61,313 nt of DNA from a virus (taxonomy: Duplodnaviria; Caudoviricetes): positions 1-61,313 of IMG/VR virus record IMGVR_UViG_3300024431_000003, one strand, 5' to 3'. Under the pieces are notes generated by a model. It was not told the DNA's origin and made no database searches. It saw nothing but the letters and a program-made list of their open reading frames with translations. The stretch's first letter is position 1. Every line of letters starts with the position of its first letter. The translations under genes and the position numbers were made by a program. Of this stretch, positions 8,963 to 17,247 are shown piece by piece.

Positions 8963-11883
8963 TGTCAGCAAGAGCATCAGCAGTCGCTCAGGCGATACGT
9001 CGTCTTGAGCAGTACAGAGCCGGGAGAACCGTTCAGCCTGGAGTGTTCTCTACTCTGGACGAAGCGATCCTGGATGCTCCGTTTGAAGTAAACAGTGGGG
9101 ATCAGTGGCTGAACTACCTCAAGCCTGGACGTATGGTCAGACGCGAAGGTGTCCAGTTCCCATTGAAGAAAGAGGAGCTTGATTGGGCTGGCGAGTTCGG
9201 AATTGAAGATCTCATTGGTGGACAGGACAAGCTGACGAGGGAAGAGGTTCGTAATCTGATTCGCGGAAATCGGGCAGTCTTTGAGATAGACGTGGCGAGG
9301 GAAAGCTACGGAGACCGTCCGCACCATCTAATTCCACAATCTGATGACGCAGAGAAGGGACCGTTGGGTCGAGCGTACACAGACACGATACTCGCGGGAA
9401 ATGTTGAAGGCGATAAGCTCCTTGGTCTTAATCGCATCAGGCACGTTGACCCAGAATTCGGAACAGAGTATGGTGGAAGAGAGCGCTACCACCACACGTC
9501 CCCGGGAAGCACGTACGAAGAAAGTATTACTCGGTTGAGAGGACTTCAATCTGGAGGTCACTTCGGTCCGGATACACTTTCATGGTCACGCACAACGACT
9601 CATCTGTTACCGCAGAAGAGTTTTGAAATAGGAATACAAGATCCAAAGAGAGTACGGATCGTTGAGGAAATCCAATCAGACGTTAATCGTAGAGCAGCAC
9701 AGAAGATGTTCCACGATCCAAAGACCGGCAAGACTTACGAATCTGAGTGGGCAGTCGGTCAGGCAGACCTCGAGATAGAAGACATGATCCCCGAGCGCAG
9801 AGGGTATCTTGGGATAGACGATAGTATAGAACTTGAAGACACGATAGACGAACTCGCCAGGATCAATAAAGAAATTGAAGCGACGAGTCCCATCAATAAA
9901 GATAAGATGGCGGACATCCGTCACTTCCAACTGAATGAAGAGTTTGATAAGCTGGCGAACATCAAGGAGCGGCTTGAAGCCAAAGTGCAGAATGTTCCAT
10001 TTAAGAATCCGGGGGACTATGCTCAAATGGAACTGCGAAAGCAGTTGATGAACGCAGTGGATGAAGGAGAAGACTACCTTGCTCTCGCGCGCGGCAAAGA
10101 CCAGATAGAAAGGTACTCCAACATCAATCAAGGACAGATGCCAGCGAAGAGCGAAAAGGGTATGGTGAGAATGTACGACGAAGTCTATCGCGGCGAACTA
10201 GACAAGCTCGCGCGAAGGTATGGTGCCGTCGTAGAAGATATTGAGTTTGAAGTTGATGCCGGAACAGAGGTACGTCCACTCACAATGGCAGTTGAAGACT
10301 ACGAAGATCCAATTGACCTTATGCACTCTATGATTGACTACGTCCAGGAAGGTTCTAGCAAGACAGACGCGATAACTGGTATGGGAGACTTTGAACGCAT
10401 CGTCGCAGAAATGATAGATGATGTTCCTAGTGACGTTGCTGATTGGAGTTTGCTGGATGTGCCGCCGATGGAGCTACTGAATAGGAACTCTGCGATCCGT
10501 AGGTTCGTCCTCGAAAACTGGGAGGGTGTCGCTGCGGATGATCCGACTGCGATGGCACGATGGGCTGAGTTCAAGCCAGAGAACCAGATCAAGAACTTAA
10601 TAGAAGACTTCAGTATCGCGTACGATGAATACACAAATCTGATGGGAGCCGGAGGAAGGAGTGTATCTGTAAAGAGCTTCCCGGCAATGAAGCTGACCCC
10701 GGAAGTGAGGGAGAAGATCAAGCTGCTCGGCGTTCCTCAGTTCAAGAAGGGTGGACTCGTCAAGTATAGCGCTCAGGCATTTCAGATGGGAGGGCTCGCT
10801 GGTCTTAGACGGCCGAGCAAAGACTTCTACGAGATCATCCCATCCAAAGAATTCAGGGAGAGCCTGGACGAAGAAGGACTGGAGGAGCTGAAGAAGCTCA
10901 ACAAAGAACTGTCAGGTGGCGAGCAAGGTGAGTGGCTCCAAAAGTACCACGAGGAGCAGGAAGACTCGCGGAAGTACAATGAACTCAAGTATTGGACGGA
11001 CGCACTGAAGTTCATTCCGGCATACGCGGCCGGACAATGGAAGACCCTTGACCCAGAGACAGGGAAACCGAAGTGGCACTTCGGACACTCAGCTCCACCG
11101 TTTGAAATGGTAGAGATGGGCGTCATGACGATGGATGAATGGCAGGAGATGAAGGAGTTTGCCAACAAGAAGAACAAGGAAGATCCGTTTCATCCTGGCA
11201 TCATTGATGACCTGAAGGCAGTCGCCGCTCTACCGGCAATTATCGGCAACGTATTCGGCGGCGACTTCACTCCTCCCGCGTTCTCAATAGAGGGAGCGGA
11301 GCGAATGGAGCAGATGGCTCGTGGTCAGGAAGAAGAGTGGGGTCTTGATCGGCCGCAAGGTTTCCCTCAGCACTTGATGGGAGCGCTCGGTACGATGGTG
11401 GCTCAAGTTCCTACTCCTGCGTCTGTCACGAAGGGACTCGTAACGAAGGTAGATGATGTACTGTTGCCTCTGACCACTCGCATTCCACAAGTAGTGAAGA
11501 CAGCGACAGCAGCACCAAGAGCAATCGCTGGAGCCGGAGTAGAGTTCTTCAACCCCACGATCGTTCCATCACCGAAGAGCTACATGATGGGAGCAGGGTT
11601 CGGCGGAACACTCGGTACGGCAATGGAACCGTCAGATGAAGAATTTGAGCAGATGGAACAGCAACGTAATCAGATGCGGTTCTTTGAAGAGAACGCTATG
11701 CGTGTCACATCGCACGTGGAAACACACTGGGACGATATGAATTTAGAGGAGAAGGTAGAGTGGGTGAACTCACCATACAACGACGCCGTCTTTGGCGCAC
11801 TGTCCGATGACCAGTATAGGCAGATGATGCAAGACTTTGAAGAGGCTGGATTACTGGAGGAAGACAATGCCGAGCAAGAGTAA
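8962..11883 (+). CDS. Large, probably virion-delivered polyvalent-type protein
   Basis: N-terminal FSTLDEAI..SGDQWLNYL..KKEELDW and a VEEIQSD motif resembling large phage polyvalent proteins; central GG motifs. Confidence 0.5.
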   Translation: MSARASAVAQAIRRLEQYRAGRTVQPGVFSTLDEAILDAPFEVNSGDQWLNYLKPGRMVRREGVQFPLKKEELDWAGEFGIEDLIGGQDKLTREEVRNLIRGNRAVFEIDVARESYGDRPHHLIPQSDDAEKGPLGRAYTDTILAGNVEGDKLLGLNRIRHVDPEFGTEYGGRERYHHTSPGSTYEESITRLRGLQSGGHFGPDTLSWSRTTTHLLPQKSFEIGIQDPKRVRIVEEIQSDVNRRAAQKMFHDPKTGKTYESEWAVGQADLEIEDMIPERRGYLGIDDSIELEDTIDELARINKEIEATSPINKDKMADIRHFQLNEEFDKLANIKERLEAKVQNVPFKNPGDYAQMELRKQLMNAVDEGEDYLALARGKDQIERYSNINQGQMPAKSEKGMVRMYDEVYRGELDKLARRYGAVVEDIEFEVDAGTEVRPLTMAVEDYEDPIDLMHSMIDYVQEGSSKTDAITGMGDFERIVAEMIDDVPSDVADWSLLDVPPMELLNRNSAIRRFVLENWEGVAADDPTAMARWAEFKPENQIKNLIEDFSIAYDEYTNLMGAGGRSVSVKSFPAMKLTPEVREKIKLLGVPQFKKGGLVKYSAQAFQMGGLAGLRRPSKDFYEIIPSKEFRESLDEEGLEELKKLNKELSGGEQGEWLQKYHEEQEDSRKYNELKYWTDALKFIPAYAAGQWKTLDPETGKPKWHFGHSAPPFEMVEMGVMTMDEWQEMKEFANKKNKEDPFHPGIIDDLKAVAALPAIIGNVFGGDFTPPAFSIEGAERMEQMARGQEEEWGLDRPQGFPQHLMGALGTMVAQVPTPASVTKGLVTKVDDVLLPLTTRIPQVVKTATAAPRAIAGAGVEFFNPTIVPSPKSYMMGAGFGGTLGTAMEPSDEEFEQMEQQRNQMRFFEENAMRVTSHVETHWDDMNLEEKVEWVNSPYNDAVFGALSDDQYRQMMQDFEEAGLLEEDNAEQE

Positions 11884-12544
11884 GAAACAAGCGAAGTTCA
11901 TGCGAGCAGTTGCGCATGGATGGAAGCCAGATAGAATGAAGGGTCCGACCATAGCGGTCGCGAAGGAATTTGTAAACGCAGATAGGAGAAAGAAAGTGAA
12001 CGGGTATCAATTTGGTGGAATGGCAGGGATGATGAACAGGTTTCAAGGACAGAGAGGAGCCTTCGGTGGAAGAGACCCGAGAGCGATGCCGCCTCAGGGT
12101 GGAGGAGGAGCTCTTTCACAGGTCAGAGCTCAGGCTCAGGCTCAGAGAGGACAGGTAGGAATGAGGAACCCGCGTCAGCGCATGATGCCTCCAGGTCGTG
12201 GTCCTCGTGGTCCGGTCAGACCCGGGATGCGTGGTCGTGGTCCGGGAGGTCGTGGAGCGCTCGGTCAGATGCAGCAGCAGTTCCAACGTCAGCGCGGAGC
12301 CTTCGGTGGAAGAGACCCGAGAGCAATGCCGCCGAGAGCAATGCCAGCAGTGCCGCCTCAACGTGGTGGTGGAAAGTACGGTTCCCTGTTCCCGGGGAAA
12401 GGACCGAGACCAATGGTTCCTCCGAGTCCGCCGCGTGGATATCCCGGTGGAGGGAACCCGAACGTCGGCGGACGTAATCCGATCATGCGAGGAGCTCGCG
12501 CTCGCATCGGAGGCGGAGGACGCGGTCGAACTTCTCTGTACTAG
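11867..12544 (+). CDS. Basic protein with a MPSKSKKQAKFMRAVAH head and an RGG/Pro/Gln low-complexity tail
   Basis: GGAGG RBS upstream of ATG 11867; last gene of the + arm. Confidence 0.7.
   Translation: MPSKSKKQAKFMRAVAHGWKPDRMKGPTIAVAKEFVNADRRKKVNGYQFGGMAGMMNRFQGQRGAFGGRDPRAMPPQGGGGALSQVRAQAQAQRGQVGMRNPRQRMMPPGRGPRGPVRPGMRGRGPGGRGALGQMQQQFQRQRGAFGGRDPRAMPPRAMPAVPPQRGGGKYGSLFPGKGPRPMVPPSPPRGYPGGGNPNVGGRNPIMRGARARIGGGGRGRTSLY
12056..12333 (+). repeat. 38-bp intragenic direct repeat (12056-12093 and 12296-12333, one mismatch)
   Basis: ggagccttcggtggaagagacccgagagcRatgccgcc occurs twice, 240 nt apart, encoding GAFGGRDPRAMPP. Confidence 0.9.
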
Positions 12545-12824
12545 GCACAGGGAGGGAAGTTTACCAGATGGACAGCTTAATACTGCTCACTTTTTGGACA
12601 GCCACTAGGACGCCTGTAGAGGCTCTGGCTGGTCGTTCGGGTACTATGGGGATGTGTGGTGCAGGGTAGGCAGAACGCCGATTTGGGGGATGCTGGGACA
12701 GTGTGCTGGCGGAGGGTGCTGCGCGGGTACGTGCCACGCTGCCTGTAGGACCGCACAGCACCCGCTCCCCCGGCACCCGGTACAGGTGCCAAGCAGAGCG
12801 GTCGCGGACAGTACGCGGGTTCGA

Positions 12825-12956
12825 CTATGTGGACAGCCAGAATGTGAACGCGCAGATGAGATAGAGACCGAGCAAGGATAAGACGACTTCCCAGTCATCG
12901 ACCATAACCACGCCGATCAATGCGAAGATGCTCATGGCAATCAAGTTCTCATTCAT
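12825..12956 (-). CDS. Small membrane protein
   Basis: 43 aa with two short hydrophobic stretches; AGGAGG upstream. Confidence 0.55.
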   Translation of the reverse strand: MNENLIAMSIFALIGVVMVDDWEVVLSLLGLYLICAFTFWLST

Positions 12957-12957
12957 A

Positions 12958-13329
12958 TCAGCCCTCCTTATCTTGGTCGACGTAGTCAGGTCCCGGCTCG
13001 CCGGACTGATCAAGATCAAGGATAGCATGTAGTCTGTCCGGCATCTGCATCGGTACGGTGTACGTCTCCATCAGTGTCAGCAGTGCGTATGCGATCAGGT
13101 CTTCAAGCGAGTCTCTTCCTTCTTCTAACTCAATGGTCGCCTTGAACAGATCAAACTGGAACTGCTCAGCTCCAGCTTCAACGCGACTATACTTGCGGTC
13201 CAGGTTGAAGAACGCACTGTATCCGCCGTGCGACTTCCAGCTTGAACCGTATGCTTCATCTTTCTTTATGATCGTCTGTACGATCTCGTCGGCTATCTTC
13301 TGTAGCCTTTCCTTCTCATGTGGCTTCAT
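12958..13329 (-). CDS. Nucleotide modification-associated domain 1 (Nmad1/DUF1599-like, all-alpha NTP pyrophosphatase-like)
   Basis: KKDEAYGSSW...NLDRKYSR...DSLEDLIAYALL motif; adjacent to the TS homolog. Confidence 0.7.
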   Translation of the reverse strand: MKPHEKERLQKIADEIVQTIIKKDEAYGSSWKSHGGYSAFFNLDRKYSRVEAGAEQFQFDLFKATIELEEGRDSLEDLIAYALLTLMETYTVPMQMPDRLHAILDLDQSGEPGPDYVDQDKEG

Positions 13330-14323
13330 GGTTCTTCCTCCTCGTCATCCACTGAGTACATGCAAGAGACCAGTCCTGCGACGCGATGTTCTTGCACAGA
13401 TGCAACGCAGATTCCATATCGCCTCTCTTGTAACATCTCCAGGCATCGCGCATTGGATACGCGGTCTTGCTGAAGAATAGATCTTGGTACATAATCGGGT
13501 CATCCCAGTCATCACCGAAGAACCGATTCAGGTCTGTGTCCCAGATGTTCGTGGACTGATTGATGATGGCAGACGATGAGATGCGGCTCGGAGTGTATCC
13601 GTGACCGGCATAGTAATCCTGCTCACCATACGCGGCTCCCATGAACAACTTCTTGATCGTCGGGTTCTCCATGTAGTAGTGCCACGAATCGCTGATGTGA
13701 TAGTACAGTCCCATCTTGCATCCGATCTTCCGTGCCATGTATTCCTGAAGCACACTGAAGTGAACTGCGTTCGCACCGTAGCATCCCCAGATGATATCGT
13801 TGCTCCGACAACAGACTGTCATGTTCAGCTTCCCACCACGGATCTTGAAGTAGATGTGCGTGTTGCATGGGATGTCTCGCTTGTCCGCGTTGAGATCGGC
13901 GACCGGACTCCACATGTCAACCACTGCACGGCGACTGTCAGGGTTCTTGCGAAGTAGATTGGCAACACCAATCAACTGATCGATGCCTCTGCGCCATCGG
14001 TATCCATACGCTCCGTGGAATCTGCCATCATCTTCAGCGAACTGCGTGATGTTCTTACTGAACTGACCAATCCACTGTGCATCATCGCGTCCTTGCAACA
14101 TCCAGAGTGCTTCCATCAAGTGGAAGAATGGATTGGCATCACGCACGTCGCAGAACAGAACACGTCTCCACGGCTTTCGGTACACGGTAATGACTGGCTC
14201 CAGGTACTCGCGCGTCTCCTTGCCTTCGCGCGGAGTTATCTCGCACCAGTTATCATCGTTCAGGATAATCTGCGCTGCCTTCCTGAACGCTTCGTTCACG
14301 TTGTCAACGTCTATTAGCATCAT
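13316..14323 (-). CDS. Thymidylate synthase-family enzyme, likely dUMP hydroxymethylase
   Basis: SRRAVV, DIPCN (catalytic Cys), RSNDIIWGCYGAN (Asn indicates dUMP specificity) and SWHYY; neighbours are hmU-modification genes. Confidence 0.85.
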   Translation of the reverse strand: MMLIDVDNVNEAFRKAAQIILNDDNWCEITPREGKETREYLEPVITVYRKPWRRVLFCDVRDANPFFHLMEALWMLQGRDDAQWIGQFSKNITQFAEDDGRFHGAYGYRWRRGIDQLIGVANLLRKNPDSRRAVVDMWSPVADLNADKRDIPCNTHIYFKIRGGKLNMTVCCRSNDIIWGCYGANAVHFSVLQEYMARKIGCKMGLYYHISDSWHYYMENPTIKKLFMGAAYGEQDYYAGHGYTPSRISSSAIINQSTNIWDTDLNRFFGDDWDDPIMYQDLFFSKTAYPMRDAWRCYKRGDMESALHLCKNIASQDWSLACTQWMTRRKNHEAT

Positions 14324-15204
14324 GTCGTACTCCTTTTGTATTTGGATCGTGGTCGACCCTCGTTTCTATACACTCGCATCCACTTGTCAAACTCGCACAA
14401 CGAATGCTCTATCTCGCGCATCTCCAGGGGAGGTACATGCTTCCCCCGGTACTTCGGCGACGTCTTCAGCATCTCCTGCATGAACTCGATGTACGGACCG
14501 GCTCCTTTGAACACGTTCTTCTGTGCGTCATTGCCGACGATCCGGTTGATGCCTCGCCTCGCTCCCGGTCCTAGGTTCGCCCACTTCTTTCTGTCGGGAG
14601 CCTTGTCTAGCATCCCGGGCTGATAGCGCATATCGCAGATGACTTCGTACGCTGTGAACATACCTTGCATCGGGTACGCTGATAGGATCTTCGTGCATCC
14701 TTCCATCGTGCCGTCGGCCATCATCTCCTCCCAGATCTTACGACGTCCACGCCACTGAACACCGAGCGCATCGCACACCAGATCTATCTTGGGTTCAGTG
14801 CGACCAGCGTTCGTGATGATGTATGCTCCGGTGAATATCTTCTTCCCCCGGTCTGCGTTCAGGTGCAAGATACGCTTCATCTTCGCGGGTCTGTTGTGCG
14901 TAGTCTTGCCGCGTGTCAGCAGGTCATACGTTGACGCAAGGTTGAACGCGCGGAACATGATCATGCTGTAGAGCTTGTCGGCTGGCATCAGATCCAGTAT
15001 GTCTATCCGCTCGTGGAACCTGATGGTCTCTGCATCTAGCTCACGGAATACGTTCGTGAACTTGTACTCCTGCAAGATCTTATCGTTCGTCCAAGGCCAA
15101 GGACGGTCAGCCTTCTTGTGGACGTAGATCTGGTGTCGCTCGTTGATCCACCAGTAGAACTTCGCGAGCCGTGAAGATGGCGTCTTCATATCCTGTTCTC
15201 CCAT
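14320..15204 (-). CDS. 5-hmdU DNA kinase helical domain (aGPT-Pplase1 family)
   Basis: WINERHQIY..PWPWTNDKILQEYKFTNVFRELD, G.FTAYEVICD, NLGPGARRG and EIEHSLCEFDK motifs. Confidence 0.85.
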   Translation of the reverse strand: MGEQDMKTPSSRLAKFYWWINERHQIYVHKKADRPWPWTNDKILQEYKFTNVFRELDAETIRFHERIDILDLMPADKLYSMIMFRAFNLASTYDLLTRGKTTHNRPAKMKRILHLNADRGKKIFTGAYIITNAGRTEPKIDLVCDALGVQWRGRRKIWEEMMADGTMEGCTKILSAYPMQGMFTAYEVICDMRYQPGMLDKAPDRKKWANLGPGARRGINRIVGNDAQKNVFKGAGPYIEFMQEMLKTSPKYRGKHVPPLEMREIEHSLCEFDKWMRVYRNEGRPRSKYKRSTT

Positions 15205-15734
15205 AGGAGCTCAATGATTTCCTTAGTCGGCTGGTCCATGTTCAGCACGACGGGATTCGCCTTGTCGTACACTGCTCGCTGGAGATATCGCATGTTCGCC
15301 CAGAAGAGCTTCTCCGTGTTCTCCGTGTTGAACGGCTTCGTATTTCCTGCTGCCTTCCTACGCTTGCGAACCCTGGAGATGCACGTTCGCAGTGGAGTAT
15401 CCAGGAATGCGAAGGCGAACGGCTGCTTCGTGCGGCGATGATGCACTAGGTTCTTCGCGTATCCGTTGCTGATGGTCAGTCCCTCATATATAACGTGACC
15501 GAGCTTGCAATACTTACCGATGCGACGGCGGATCTCATCTTGTGTTTTGATGGTGTCACATCCACCGCAGACGTTGTCGTACCGTCCGATGACATAGATG
15601 GGCTGAGCCCAATGGATTACAACGGCGACGACCTTCCCTTTCACAACGACGTCTCCATGGTCAAACTTCTCCATGAGCTCCCTGATGATGGTGGTCTTTC
15701 CGGCTCCACTCGTTCCGCGTATGTTTATGATCAT
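15186..15734 (-). CDS. P-loop kinase associated with thymine hypermodification
   Basis: Walker A GTSGAGKT, IGRYDNVCGGCD and LDTPLRTCISRVRKRR; coupled to the aGPT-Pplase1 gene. Confidence 0.8.
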   Translation of the reverse strand: MIINIRGTSGAGKTTIIRELMEKFDHGDVVVKGKVVAVVIHWAQPIYVIGRYDNVCGGCDTIKTQDEIRRRIGKYCKLGHVIYEGLTISNGYAKNLVHHRRTKQPFAFAFLDTPLRTCISRVRKRRKAAGNTKPFNTENTEKLFWANMRYLQRAVYDKANPVVLNMDQPTKEIIELLWENRI

Positions 15735-16396
15735 ACTCGTTTCACTCCTTCTTTTAAGTCACTGATAGTTCCCTTGTATCCACTCCGATGGAGCGGTCTT
15801 GTTGCCACGAAGACAGGCTTCTGGAACAGGTGTACGTTATCAAAAATGAACGTGACAGGTCTGCGTCCCTTCGCCTCGTAGTCAATATCCTTATTCCACT
15901 TCGGCACTCCCCACTTCTTATCTATCTCCATACGAACATGACCGTGAGGGATGAAATAGTTCTTCGGATTGTACTTGGTCTTGTCCGTCAGCTTCCGCTT
16001 CGGCATGTAGATGTCGCCGAGGTTATTCTGTGGCGCTATCTTCTGGATCCATGCGTCACGATGATGCTCGTTCATGTACTGCCCGAGATCATAGTTGCTG
16101 TCAAAGACGTTGCTGATGCGAGCGAGGAACAGTAAGTAGCTGTCGCCGCATCCTACCTTCGGCGTGAATCCTGCGATGTACGTGTAGATCCAGTCGACGT
16201 TCGCTGTCCTCATGTAGTGCTTGCATGTTGACAGGGTAAGAACTCCGCCTTGCCAGTTGGGACCGGAGCGCGTCTGTTTGAAGATGCCGTCCTCCAGGTA
16301 GATTTGATGCTGCGGAAAGGTGCGGACGATGTCATCGTCATGCGCTTGGATGGTTCTCTTCTGACCCCATCCTTTGAACGATTGGTAATCTCTCAT
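15731..16396 (-). CDS. Nucleotide modification-associated domain 2 (Nmad2)-like protein
   Basis: PNWQGGVLTLSTCKHYMR and GDIY motifs; GGAGG RBS upstream of ATG 16396. Confidence 0.65.
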   Translation of the reverse strand: MRDYQSFKGWGQKRTIQAHDDDIVRTFPQHQIYLEDGIFKQTRSGPNWQGGVLTLSTCKHYMRTANVDWIYTYIAGFTPKVGCGDSYLLFLARISNVFDSNYDLGQYMNEHHRDAWIQKIAPQNNLGDIYMPKRKLTDKTKYNPKNYFIPHGHVRMEIDKKWGVPKWNKDIDYEAKGRRPVTFIFDNVHLFQKPVFVATRPLHRSGYKGTISDLKEGVKRV

Positions 16397-16407
16397 GTTC
16401 TTCCTCC

Positions 16408-16445
16408 AAAGAAAAGGGGAAGCGCATCCGAAGACACGCCTCCCC
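16408..16445 (-). terminator. Rho-independent terminator with UUCG tetraloop
   Basis: On the - strand: GGGGAGGCGTGTC-TTCG-GATGCGCTTCCCC-TTTTCTTT. Confidence 0.85.
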
Positions 16446-16464
16446 AATCCACGTCACGATAGCC

Positions 16465-17247
16465 TCAGAGATTGTAACGTCCGGCCTCATCCATGGACTT
16501 CGCCTTCAGCGAGCCAAAGAGTTTCCGGACAGACTTCTTGCTGATGCCAACAGAGTCAACGACCTCCATCACTGACGCGCCACTGCGCCGCTTCAACATC
16601 TTGGTCACCTTACCTTCGTGGACCGCAATGCTATTCGCGCGACCGTTGCCGTTCTTCTTCTTCGACGCCGCTTTCTTCGCAGTACGAGTGGCCTTCTTAC
16701 CGACCTTCTTGTTCACTGCTCTCTTACTTGACGCCTTCTTCTTACTTGCTTTCTTGGTAGCCATCTTGGACTTCCTCCTTCGCTTGGGTTTCAGCCGGAC
16801 TTTCCCCGGCCACATCTTCCACTTTGAATCGTAACGCAGGAGAGCCGCTTGTGACGTATCTTCTGTGTCAGTGAATAGTGCGTGGAATATACACTTCACA
16901 GTTCCGAGCAATGAAGCGTGTTCACGATGCTTCGGCTGCTCTCCTGTGATTTCTTCAATGAAAGTACTCAGGTGACTGTAGCTCCAGCTTGCGACCTCCG
17001 CATACATATTGATGCTGAAGTCCGCGCATGGATCATCCATGAACAAGTTTATCGCTGGAGCTTTGTGACCCTGAACTTTGATGAAGTCATAGAACAACTC
17101 CATCGCTCTCTTGTCACCTATCCCCGGCCTGAACTTGATCCCACGATGGAGACACTGTTCCTGCGTCGGTACTCTCTTCTTGCGCTTCTTGCGCTTCACC
17201 TTCTCCTTAGTCGGTGTCGTCATCATCTTGTTTAACTTCTTCGTCAT
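16465..17247 (-). CDS. Protein with a Lys-rich linker and a C-terminal winged-HTH-like domain; probable internal start at 16764
   Basis: MATKKASKKK... is preceded by AAGGAGGA; C-terminus is similar to ORF 29213-29413. Confidence 0.65.
   Translation of the reverse strand: MTKKLNKMMTTPTKEKVKRKKRKKRVPTQEQCLHRGIKFRPGIGDKRAMELFYDFIKVQGHKAPAINLFMDDPCADFSINMYAEVASWSYSHLSTFIEEITGEQPKHREHASLLGTVKCIFHALFTDTEDTSQAALLRYDSKWKMWPGKVRLKPKRRRKSKMATKKASKKKASSKRAVNKKVGKKATRTAKKAASKKKNGNGRANSIAVHEGKVTKMLKRRSGASVMEVVDSVGISKKSVRKLFGSLKAKSMDEAGRYNL

Noticed and set aside
12056-12333. DGR template/variable repeat pair or CRISPR repeats
   Set aside because: There are only two in-frame copies with one synonymous mismatch, and no reverse transcriptase or spacer array.
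12810-12830. tRNA suggested by the GGGTTCGACT T-loop-like sequence
   Set aside because: I could not build a cloverleaf, matching T-stem or acceptor stem.
13316-14323. Canonical thyA or dCMP hydroxymethylase
   Set aside because: The Asn at the specificity position argues against dCMP. The divergent motif, hmU-kinase neighbours and lack of DHFR argue against plain ThyA, although this is not proven.
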